IMG/VR virus record: IMGVR_UViG_3300030060_006882
Coordinates: 10,703 to 74,702 of that record
Reading direction: 5' to 3' (one strand)
DNA: 64,000 bases
From: a virus
Below, piece by piece: positions 8,803 to 17,482 of the stretch (position 1 is the stretch's first letter; the number at the start of each line of letters is the position of its first letter). The translations under genes and the position numbers were made by a program. The notes beneath the pieces were generated by a model. It saw only the letters and a list, made by a program, of their open reading frames with translations, was not told the DNA's origin and did not search any database.

Positions 8803-8833
8803 TAACAGTGGTGATCCAGCAATCTTTTCTGTA
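8772..8833 (-). ncRNA. Putative ~60-nt small RNA carrying 16S-3'-tail mimic TGCTGGATCACC
   Basis: Lies between TATACATA (8839-8846) and a hairpin; no credible ORF. Confidence 0.4.
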
Positions 8834-8867
8834 TACACTATGTATATAAATTTTATCTTAATAAAAT

Positions 8868-8892
8868 AGGGGTGTCTACAGTAGACACCCCT
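8868..8892 (-). terminator. Terminator of the RNR-porin operon
   Basis: AGGGGTGTCTAC-x-GTAGACACCCCT followed by ATTTT on the minus strand. Confidence 0.75.
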
Positions 8893-8905
8893 TCATTTAT
8901 ATATC

Positions 8906-9154
8906 TCAATCACCGAAATCTACACGATTCAATCGTTGAGTACGAACTGGACGGTCTACACCAACGGCACGAACACCATCATCCCAGAGTCCTGCGATAG
9001 ATCGAGCACTCCAAGAAATCCCTCTAGCTGAATGTGGAAGAATTGCAAAAGCAATCAACCAAACTCCAACAGTTACACCAAAAACTCTCTTATTGAACCA
9101 ACCACACGGACATTGATTTGCACAAGGTGCTTTACAATCATTTTTACTACTCAT
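8906..9154 (-). CDS. Small membrane protein with Cys-rich N-terminus
   Basis: AAGGAG SD before ATG at 9154; CxxxCxxxCxC then a TM helix. Confidence 0.6.
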   Translation of the reverse strand: MSSKNDCKAPCANQCPCGWFNKRVFGVTVGVWLIAFAILPHSARGISWSARSIAGLWDDGVRAVGVDRPVRTQRLNRVDFGD

Positions 9155-9177
9155 ATCATTCTCCTTTATATTAATAA

Positions 9178-10206
9178 TCAAAATTCTAACTGTAACTGAA
9201 CTCTGGCAAGGTACTCACCCGAACTAGTGGAAACATTCCAACCAGTTTCGCCAGTGTTCCAACCCGCTGCAATTCCATTCAGTGCATAACCAAAGTCTGC
9301 ACCAAGTTTCACATTAGCGTTAAAAAAGTAATTAAATCCACCAGTAATAATACTAAGCTGTTCAGATGTAGTATCAAGTTCACCGTACTGATATTCAACA
9401 TATGGTTGAAGCTCTTTGGTGATATGATATCCTAACTGGCCAGTAGCACCCCACTGTCTACCATTGTCATATTCAGCAGAGACATAAGCACCGTCAAGAG
9501 TCAGATCACCCACGGAGATTCCCGCGTCGGCAGTCCAAGTCCAGTAAGTTACATCTTGCTGATTGTATGAAATGGCAGTTCCGAGGTTCAACCAGTTGAA
9601 CACGTCCCAATCCAAACGTCCAGTGGCAGCGTAACCGTTTTGAACACCTGCACCATTTGCAGTATCAAAACCATCACTGTATGCCGCACTAGCAGTAAGT
9701 GGACCAAAATCATGAGACAACTGAACACCTTGAGAACGTCCTTGTCCAAAAGTACTGGAAACAACGGATCGTTCAATTCCGAGAATGTTAGTCTGGGAAA
9801 CAAGAACTTCCTTCATGAAGGGAGTCTTGAACTGTCCAAACTTAAAGTTTACACTCTCAAAATCAGAGGATGCCCATGCATCCTTCAGCGAAAAGTCACT
9901 ACCTTCGCTCCATTGTCCACTGACTTTGTAATTCCAGTTGTAAACCGAACCAGAAAGAATAATTCTGACACGAGGAACACTGAAACCGTAATTTGCATCG
10001 GTATCCGAACCGCTGCTGTATGAGTACCGAGTCTGCAAGAATCCACCAACATTTAATGTTGCAGGCAAATCGTTAGCAAACAAAGTACTTCTGGATGATG
10101 CGTCCATCATGACGTTATTTGTAATGTCTTCGATGGACGAGTAATCGTTAGCAGCAGCAACTCCGCTTACCGCTAATGATACAATAATAGCACTGATCTT
10201 TTTCAT
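9178..10206 (-). CDS. Outer-membrane porin, OprO/OprP (phosphate-selective)-like
   Basis: Signal peptide; GFLQTRY, R.RI.LSG, LKDAW and GQFKTPF motifs; amphipathic strands; terminal QLEF. Confidence 0.8.
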   Translation of the reverse strand: MKKISAIIVSLAVSGVAAANDYSSIEDITNNVMMDASSRSTLFANDLPATLNVGGFLQTRYSYSSGSDTDANYGFSVPRVRIILSGSVYNWNYKVSGQWSEGSDFSLKDAWASSDFESVNFKFGQFKTPFMKEVLVSQTNILGIERSVVSSTFGQGRSQGVQLSHDFGPLTASAAYSDGFDTANGAGVQNGYAATGRLDWDVFNWLNLGTAISYNQQDVTYWTWTADAGISVGDLTLDGAYVSAEYDNGRQWGATGQLGYHITKELQPYVEYQYGELDTTSEQLSIITGGFNYFFNANVKLGADFGYALNGIAAGWNTGETGWNVSTSSGEYLARVQLQLEF

Positions 10207-10227
10207 AATTTCTCCTTATGTTTATGA

Positions 10228-12198
10228 TCATTTTGTCAAATCAACAATTTCACAGGAAGATCCAGAACACGCATAACTTTGTGTCCCAGTTGTGTTATCT
10301 TCCTTCTCATACTTACCCAAATCTAACCAATTCACTTCATTGGGCATTTTCTTCACTAAATTATCATAGTCTGCTTTACTGCATTCCTGATAAGGAGCTT
10401 GCTTGTATGTGTGATCACTGTGTGGAAGAAATGAAATACCAGAGATTTCATCAAAGTGATCATACACCCATCCACCAACTACTGGCCACTCTTCTTCTCT
10501 GACCGTAATAGTAACAGATGGTTTATGTTCGCACCACGATCTTTGATATACAAGCCACAGCTCCAATTGCTCTATTGCAGTCATCTCATTTCTAGTAACA
10601 CACTTCTTGGGTGATTTTATAGGAAAAGAGAAAACTGTTACATGTTCTGGTTTCATTACATCTGCTTCGTAAGAAAATCCAGCATCTTTCATATAAGCAC
10701 AAAGTGGATCTTTGTTATCTGCACGAACAGTTCTGATGTAATAGTCACTGTGTCTTGCGTGGATCCCTGAAGCGGCGTCTACGAGCTGTGAGACGGTTCC
10801 AGAAGGTTTTACACATGTTATAGCAACTGATTGGTTTATTCCAAGCTCATCAGCATGTTTTTTGTTTGTTTGTATCGCAATCTTTCGGAAAGATGTCAGT
10901 CTGTCCGACAAACCTTTCATATTCCGAGTGGTATTGCAGTCCATTATACCAGTCAACGAAACACCAAGAAGTCTCTCTTCTTCGCAGTTCTTTTTCCACT
11001 CACCAGATAAAAATCTAAAGTTCACCAAGGTAGATTGCCACGTACCGAGAATAGTGGCAAGTCTGACCTTTCTCTCCAGAGATTCTACGGTATCATCTTC
11101 TCTGACAACAACTTCAGTAAGATTACAGAACTCTTTATCTCTTAGAATAATCTCAGAGCAGGGATTAGTTCCAAACTCATGATCAATATTTCGTGTTGAA
11201 TAACTTTCATCCATTTCCAGTCTAAAAGCATTAGATCTCTCAATTTGCTTTCTGGCAGCATCTCTATTAAAGATACCACGTTCACCGCTCTTGGACTTGT
11301 AAAGAGCTAACCACTCTTCCATGAAAATACCTGGCTCGGGCTTCTCTCTATAAGAAACAGAGTTATTTGCTAAAGCACGCTGTGGATCTGCTTCCCACCA
11401 TGCTCCACTCTTTGCATCCCTCATACGCTCGTCTGTGAGCGATGACAGAGAGATTAGTGCGGACCTACGAACGCCTCCGACAACCACAATCTCTGCAATT
11501 TTACAGATGATATCGTGACATTCGATAGAAGTAAGTTTTCTACCAGACGCTCTTCGGAAGGAGGTAACTGTGAATTCAAACAACTCTTCAAGTGGTTCTG
11601 GTCCACTTGCTCGTCCTCCAAAAGTCTTAAGGCGTGCGCCGGCAGGACGAACTTTGCTCGTGTCCCATTTTGGAATTTGACCTCCAATGAGAAGGCTAAA
11701 CAACTCTCTATACGCTTTCGCCCAACCCATTTTCGAATCCTGTACAACAATTGTCGTATCACTGTCTTCGAACTCCTCTGCTATCGTCGGCAGGGTTTTG
11801 ATGAGTTCTCTTTCGACGGAAAAACCAACACCAGTTCCGCACATGAGAATATATAAAATCTCATCAAACGACTTGACTTTACCAGCACTCGCATACGAGC
11901 AATTATACCCTGCTACGTTATCTCGTTTGAGTGCATCTCCTGCTGTCATCAATGCTCTCATTGATGGCATTATTTCTAGGTTTAATACAGCTTCTTCTAA
12001 TTCTCTCCTAAGTTCATCAGGTACATCGTGATTACAAGTTTCCTTTAGATGATCCACAAAAAAATCAAAATATCGAGATACAGTTTCGTTCCATGTTTCG
12101 CGTCTTCCCTCTTCTTCTAGCCATCTAGAGTATCGAGAAAGATGTATAAATGCTTGGTATAAAGAAGGAAGTTCTTTGCTCATGTAATAATGCTCCAA
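10228..12198 (-). CDS. nrdJ: Ribonucleotide reductase, class II (B12-dependent)-like
   Basis: YNCS, VVVGGVRRSA, TNPCSE, TCVKPSGT and C-terminal CxxxxC; no beta subunit nearby. Confidence 0.8.
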   Translation of the reverse strand: MEHYYMSKELPSLYQAFIHLSRYSRWLEEEGRRETWNETVSRYFDFFVDHLKETCNHDVPDELRRELEEAVLNLEIMPSMRALMTAGDALKRDNVAGYNCSYASAGKVKSFDEILYILMCGTGVGFSVERELIKTLPTIAEEFEDSDTTIVVQDSKMGWAKAYRELFSLLIGGQIPKWDTSKVRPAGARLKTFGGRASGPEPLEELFEFTVTSFRRASGRKLTSIECHDIICKIAEIVVVGGVRRSALISLSSLTDERMRDAKSGAWWEADPQRALANNSVSYREKPEPGIFMEEWLALYKSKSGERGIFNRDAARKQIERSNAFRLEMDESYSTRNIDHEFGTNPCSEIILRDKEFCNLTEVVVREDDTVESLERKVRLATILGTWQSTLVNFRFLSGEWKKNCEEERLLGVSLTGIMDCNTTRNMKGLSDRLTSFRKIAIQTNKKHADELGINQSVAITCVKPSGTVSQLVDAASGIHARHSDYYIRTVRADNKDPLCAYMKDAGFSYEADVMKPEHVTVFSFPIKSPKKCVTRNEMTAIEQLELWLVYQRSWCEHKPSVTITVREEEWPVVGGWVYDHFDEISGISFLPHSDHTYKQAPYQECSKADYDNLVKKMPNEVNWLDLGKYEKEDNTTGTQSYACSGSSCEIVDLTK

Positions 12199-12219
12199 TA
12201 ACGTAATAATATAGGTGTT

Positions 12220-12247
12220 ATTATATAGAAAAAAATATTAATGTCAA
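12220..12247 (-). promoter_or_regulatory. Sigma70-like promoter TTGACA-N16-TATAAT
   Basis: Perfect boxes upstream of the RNR gene. Confidence 0.7.
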
Positions 12248-12254
12248 TGTATTT

Positions 12255-12704
12255 TTATCGAGAAATATCTCGTGTTATTTCAAAAACACCGTTTAAAACA
12301 GTGCTAACATCAGAGACACCAGTAGCACCACCTAAAATTTTAGTTGACAGTTCTAAATCATAGAAGTGTCTACCTCTAGGCATTTTAGATGTGGTGGTTG
12401 CGTCTATTTCAATATAAACTGCGCCAGTAACACCATCATAGTTAAAGCTTATACCACCGGTAGTTCCCGTTGTACCGTCACCCCTAGAAAAATCACCACT
12501 AACACCAATACCAAACGCACCAGCAGGATGTTTATCAGTTACTTGACACACCATATTAGAACTAAGAGGTGATCTGCGTATCTGCATCTCTCCGGTATAA
12601 CCAAGTCCAACTAAATCTATAGCAGTCCTAGAGGAATCTAAGTGATTGAACTGGAGAATAAAAGTATCTCCCTGAAAATGAACTATGTTATAATCGGTGC
12701 TCAT
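12255..12704 (-). CDS. Virion/baseplate-type beta-sandwich protein (BppU-N-like), paralogue of the next gene
   Basis: QGDTF, DL.GYT..MQ.RRS and YDLEL motifs. Confidence 0.6.
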   Translation of the reverse strand: MSTDYNIVHFQGDTFILQFNHLDSSRTAIDLVGLGYTGEMQIRRSPLSSNMVCQVTDKHPAGAFGIGVSGDFSRGDGTTGTTGGISFNYDGVTGAVYIEIDATTTSKMPRGRHFYDLELSTKILGGATGVSDVSTVLNGVFEITRDISR

Positions 12705-12715
12705 AAAGCCATCTC

Positions 12716-13255
12716 CTAAATTCTAGTTACATTTCCGCTGACATCAATTCTACCGAATAATATTGTATCATTAATACCTGTGGTATTACTCAAAACTTGT
12801 ATATCATACGGGTGTTTTCCTCTAGGAATAGAAGCAGAAGTATCAGAATCTATTTGTATTCTAATAGTTCCAGTAACACCAGAGTAATTTAGTTGAATTC
12901 CGCCAGTTAGTCCAGTGACACCAGAACCACTCGAAAAATCACCAGTGGTGCCTTTACCATAAGAACCTTGTGGATAATTTGTTGTCAACTCTGCAAGTAG
13001 CACATCAGAATGGGATGATCTCTTTAACTGCATACTCGCGGTATAACCAGCCAAATCAAAAGAAAGACCTCCTACAGTTCTAGCATAAAAATCTAATGTA
13101 AAAGTATCACCCTGAACTAAAGATATATCATATTCTGTTCTAGTTGTAGGTCTACTTGTGACATTTGTAATGCTAGAACCTACAGAGGTTTCACCACCAA
13201 CCGGAACGGTAGATGTAGGAGCCGGTGTCTGATTATTGCTTGATTCTATTGTCAT
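12716..13255 (-). CDS. Virion/baseplate-type beta-sandwich protein (BppU-N-like)
   Basis: QGDTF, DLAGYTASMQLKRS, YDIQV; ACTAAATA upstream at 13277-13284. Confidence 0.6.
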   Translation of the reverse strand: MTIESSNNQTPAPTSTVPVGGETSVGSSITNVTSRPTTRTEYDISLVQGDTFTLDFYARTVGGLSFDLAGYTASMQLKRSSHSDVLLAELTTNYPQGSYGKGTTGDFSSGSGVTGLTGGIQLNYSGVTGTIRIQIDSDTSASIPRGKHPYDIQVLSNTTGINDTILFGRIDVSGNVTRI

Positions 13256-13275
13256 TTATTGCCCTAGTATATACA

Positions 13276-13995
13276 CTATTTAGTAGTAAGACACTTCCAA
13301 GAAACTGGAAATAGAGGTGATATCAGCTTTCCTATTACTTTTGCATATTCACGAATTTCCCACTGAGCATGTTCATCAATCCTCTGTGAATAAAATCTGG
13401 CATATGCAGCAAGACTTCCTGTCCAATACCACTCGGTGTACATTCCTTGTGGTAAAACAAACCTTGCTTGTTCAGGTGCAACCCCACTCGATATAAGATC
13501 GTTGTATGTAATCATACAGCTTCTGATAACATTCTCATAGGTATGTTGAATATCTGGACTAATTTCTATAAAATCTTCCGATCCCTGTTTAGCACCATTT
13601 ACTGGTTTACCTCTCCACTTAGGCTGATAAAACTCAGGTTCATATGAAACATACCTTCTACTGATTTCATTTTCTACAAAACCTTGTTTATGTTTAAAAA
13701 ACTGTGTACGAATGGAAACAGGAGCTTTAATTCGTAAAGTAATCTGAGGGTGAGCAAACGGTGTCCAGTGCTTATATTCTGCAAGATATTTCAGCAAAGA
13801 AACATCCTTGTCTGATAACTTTTGTAAGTCTTCTTCGTGATAAACAGAACCAGATTGATCTAGTCGGTTTCGTGCATCCAAATCCGTTTCCCATTTAGTT
13901 TCTTTATTGAAAGAAACACGAGCGGCATTACATACCGTAAGATCTGTGCCCATGCTATCAATTAAATCTACTTTTCCTCTATCCAAAACATTCAT
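13276..13995 (-). CDS. thyX: Flavin-dependent thymidylate synthase
   Basis: NAARVS, HWTPF.H, NEISRRY, EQARFVLP and HAQWEIR motifs. Confidence 0.95.
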   Translation of the reverse strand: MNVLDRGKVDLIDSMGTDLTVCNAARVSFNKETKWETDLDARNRLDQSGSVYHEEDLQKLSDKDVSLLKYLAEYKHWTPFAHPQITLRIKAPVSIRTQFFKHKQGFVENEISRRYVSYEPEFYQPKWRGKPVNGAKQGSEDFIEISPDIQHTYENVIRSCMITYNDLISSGVAPEQARFVLPQGMYTEWYWTGSLAAYARFYSQRIDEHAQWEIREYAKVIGKLISPLFPVSWKCLTTK

Positions 13996-15038
13996 ACTTT
14001 ACTCCACGAATTCAATTTCAAAGTTGCTTCCAACCCACTTACAGTATTATCATCAATTATTTTTTTAATTTCACTTACAGATCTAGTATAGATCATATCA
14101 TTTATGTCTTTATCTGAAAGATGCTCTGGCCATATACAAACTTTATTTCCAGATTTTATAAGTTTTTCATTGTACGAAATAATCTGAGGATTTCTGGGTT
14201 CGTTATCCAACACATACACTAGTTCACTTCCATGAAATCTGGAGGGAATGTTGTCAATTGCACCAGCACCTACTATCGCTACAGAATTAGGAATAAACAA
14301 AGAGTCTAGTGGTCCCTCTACTACATAAATTCTTTTCTTAGGATTTGCTCTCCACAAACCATACCACAGTCTGTCTATGGATTTGTCTGCTTTTACTGTA
14401 ATGTATCGTAACGTACTTCTGGCATTAACCTCACCCTTCATCGTTAAAACTCTTCCCTGAGCACCAACAACATCACCTTTCTTATTGAAGATAGGGATTA
14501 TGAGACGTGGTTCATATGTTACATCGCTGTAGTCCGGATCTAATAGTTTTGCATACCTACCAAAATTATCCGTATAGTATAATACGTCCCAATTCTTTTT
14601 TGGTATTTTACGTAATTCTAAAAATTGAACCGCAACGTGATCATGAGGTAAATCTTTTATGCATGTTAGGGGTTTTAATAAATTTTGCTTCTTATTAAAC
14701 TTAGGCTTCCTCATCAAGGACAACATTTCACTCTCTCCCATATACTTTTTCTTCGGTATATTTTTTTCTTTCCATATCTCTAGAGAATATTCCTTTAAGA
14801 GGGCTGGATTAATCTTTTCCATAAAACTATACAAGTCAGATGCATAACCACAGTTATGACATTTCACTAGGTATTTATTATTTTTTTCATAGAAATAAAA
14901 ACGAGTTTTTGTTTTTTTCTTTTGCGAGTCACCGCAAATGGAACACCTGCAATTTGCTAACTTTTCTTTTTTCCACGCAAACCTATCCAGTTGGGTAGAC
15001 AATATATCAATATATTTTTTATCGATGTGTGCAGGCAA
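13992..15038 (-). CDS. 61: DNA primase (T4 gp61)
   Basis: CxxCGDS..KCHNCG zinc finger; EGPLDS and DNEPRN TOPRIM motifs. Confidence 0.95.
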   Translation of the reverse strand: MPAHIDKKYIDILSTQLDRFAWKKEKLANCRCSICGDSQKKKTKTRFYFYEKNNKYLVKCHNCGYASDLYSFMEKINPALLKEYSLEIWKEKNIPKKKYMGESEMLSLMRKPKFNKKQNLLKPLTCIKDLPHDHVAVQFLELRKIPKKNWDVLYYTDNFGRYAKLLDPDYSDVTYEPRLIIPIFNKKGDVVGAQGRVLTMKGEVNARSTLRYITVKADKSIDRLWYGLWRANPKKRIYVVEGPLDSLFIPNSVAIVGAGAIDNIPSRFHGSELVYVLDNEPRNPQIISYNEKLIKSGNKVCIWPEHLSDKDINDMIYTRSVSEIKKIIDDNTVSGLEATLKLNSWSKV

Positions 15039-15040
15039 TG

Positions 15041-16450
15041 TTAGCTCCAGCTTTGAACACCATTGTTTGTTCGACTAAACTTTTCTTTGAATGAAACATC
15101 AAATCCAGATCCAGCTTTTTCTTCACTGCTTTGATTGGATTCTACCAAACCATTTTGCTCTTCTAGATCAACATCGTACAATTTCATTTTACTTCTGTTT
15201 ATTCCTAGAATAAACTTTCTATTAGATGCAGCATCATTGTATCTATTTTTTAGTTGTTTCACCATAATCTGATTCATGGATTCCAACTCCTCAGTTGAAA
15301 TCAAAGCGATCATGAAGTCGGCAGTAGCAGGAAGACCAAACGATTCACTTGTGTCCTCAAGTCCCATATCACTGTTATTAAAACCCTGTCGATTTACCTG
15401 TGTTGCAGAGAAAATAGGAACAGATCTCTCAACAGCTAAACCTCGAAGTTCCTCTGCAATTGCTTTGATGAATGTATATGAATTTGTATTTCCATTGTTC
15501 TTAAGTCTAGATGAAGTACAAATGTTTAGGTAATCAACAAAGATGATATCTGGTTTAAATTTCTTTTTTAACCAAAGCTCATCCAATAGATTACGGAAAT
15601 GTACCACACTAGCAGAAGATGTAGGATACTCCTTAACAATCAACTTACCCTTTGCATGATCAGAAACTTTCTTTAACTTAGATTTGTAAACTTCTTTAGG
15701 TAGTTCTTTAATTTCGTCTATGGTAATATCAAACAGGTTTGCATCAATTCTTTCTGCAATTCTTTCCTCAGCCATTTCACATGTAATGTAAAGCACGTTC
15801 ATGTTCTGAGAGAGACATCCTGCAGCATGGTGACACAGGAAGAGTGACTTACCAACACCAGTACCAGCCATGATGATGTTTAGTGTCTTCTGCGGAGTAC
15901 CACCATTAGTAATTCGATTAAAGTAGTCCAAATCAAACGCTACTTTGTTTTCTACCTTATGATAAAAATCAAATCGATCATCTGCATCTTCGATATAATC
16001 ATGTCCAATGTGGGCATCAAAAGACACCGACAGTGCTTCGGACAATATCTCTGGTATCGCATTTTCTGTCTTTGTGTCTGACTTTCCATCGATTATGTGA
16101 ATAGATTCCATGATCGCATTGTAAACAGCTTTTTCTTTACAGTAGTTTTCTGTTTCAGATACTAACCAATTTTCATCTGTCTTTTCATCTACAGAAAGAC
16201 CATCAATAAGACTTATACACCCATTATAGGTTTCCTCATTTAAATCATTACGCTTATCCAAGGAAATAACAATTGCCTCTTTTGTTGGGATAGAATTATA
16301 TTCCTTGATAAATTCAGACACAATCCTAAATACAACTTTATCAGAAAAATTCTCAAAGTACCTCTCTTCTAAAAAGGGAAATACTTTACGAGAATATTTT
16401 TCATTGTATGCTAGGTTAGAAAGTATAACCTTAGTGAGATCACTCATCAA
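15041..16450 (-). CDS. 41: Replicative helicase (T4 gp41)
   Basis: [21 protein letters not shown] and [11 protein letters not shown] motifs. Confidence 0.95.
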   Translation of the reverse strand: MMSDLTKVILSNLAYNEKYSRKVFPFLEERYFENFSDKVVFRIVSEFIKEYNSIPTKEAIVISLDKRNDLNEETYNGCISLIDGLSVDEKTDENWLVSETENYCKEKAVYNAIMESIHIIDGKSDTKTENAIPEILSEALSVSFDAHIGHDYIEDADDRFDFYHKVENKVAFDLDYFNRITNGGTPQKTLNIIMAGTGVGKSLFLCHHAAGCLSQNMNVLYITCEMAEERIAERIDANLFDITIDEIKELPKEVYKSKLKKVSDHAKGKLIVKEYPTSSASVVHFRNLLDELWLKKKFKPDIIFVDYLNICTSSRLKNNGNTNSYTFIKAIAEELRGLAVERSVPIFSATQVNRQGFNNSDMGLEDTSESFGLPATADFMIALISTEELESMNQIMVKQLKNRYNDAASNRKFILGINRSKMKLYDVDLEEQNGLVESNQSSEEKAGSGFDVSFKEKFSRTNNGVQSWS

Positions 16451-17474
16451 TTTCGCTTTCTGGTGTTACTTCACCGTACATAAATTCTTTTCTTGCTGCC
16501 ACATCCAATTGCTTCATAATATCTTCTGTGAAATACTTTGTTGGATCTTTATAGACATGCTTTTCAAAAGCTTTAGTACCATCAGGAAATTCATATCTGG
16601 TTGATACCTTCTTGATTATATCATATTTCTCTGCAAGAGTCAATAGTCCATAATAAGGATCTAGTCCAGTATCATAGTGTAGCATTACATCTACCATTGA
16701 ATTTTCTTTTGTAAGCCTAGACTTATACAATTTACAATGGACGATATTACCAATAATATCAGTTCCCTCTTTTACCTTCTTCTTTGAGAGGTAGATAATA
16801 GAAGAAGCGGCATATTTAAGACCTGCACCACCACTCATTTCCTTTGTAGGGAACATAGAACCAACTGATGCATAGGTGTGGTTCGTCATTACCATAGGAA
16901 TACCAGCAGCTCCCAGTTTGATTGTAAGAACTCTGAAAGTAGCCTTGATCACCTGAGCACGAGTCATGTCTCGTGTGGTCTTACCCTCTGCGGTATCATT
17001 CATTTCCTTTTCAGTCGAAAGCATTCCCAACGAATCCAACACAATCATCATTGGTTTCTTTTCTTTGCTCTCGTTGTACTTGTCAACAATACTGATTGCC
17101 TGATGTCTAAATTCTTCTACTGTAGATACAGGCATGACTGCAACTCGTTTGGGATCAATTCCCCTACCCCGTATCATATCAGAGGTTACAGCTTGTTCAG
17201 AATCAAAGTAAAGAACAACACCGTCAGGACGGTCACGCAAAAATTTAGAAACGATCCCAAGAGTAAAGTACGTTTTTCCTGTTGCAGACTCTCCGGCAAT
17301 CGCAATAATCTTATTGTCTGGTATACCACCATACAAAGAACCACTAAGGATAGAATTAAAAATGTAACAACCAGTATCGACAAAACCACCGATGTCTGAT
17401 CCTGCAACTCCGTCATCAACAATACTTGCATATTTATTCCCCGATTCTTTAACTAAATCATTTAAAAATTCCAT
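16440..17474 (-). CDS. uvsX: RecA-like recombinase
   Basis: [14 protein letters not shown] and [10 protein letters not shown] motifs. Confidence 0.95.
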   Translation of the reverse strand: MEFLNDLVKESGNKYASIVDDGVAGSDIGGFVDTGCYIFNSILSGSLYGGIPDNKIIAIAGESATGKTYFTLGIVSKFLRDRPDGVVLYFDSEQAVTSDMIRGRGIDPKRVAVMPVSTVEEFRHQAISIVDKYNESKEKKPMMIVLDSLGMLSTEKEMNDTAEGKTTRDMTRAQVIKATFRVLTIKLGAAGIPMVMTNHTYASVGSMFPTKEMSGGAGLKYAASSIIYLSKKKVKEGTDIIGNIVHCKLYKSRLTKENSMVDVMLHYDTGLDPYYGLLTLAEKYDIIKKVSTRYEFPDGTKAFEKHVYKDPTKYFTEDIMKQLDVAARKEFMYGEVTPESEIDE

Positions 17475-17482
17475 TTATTCTC

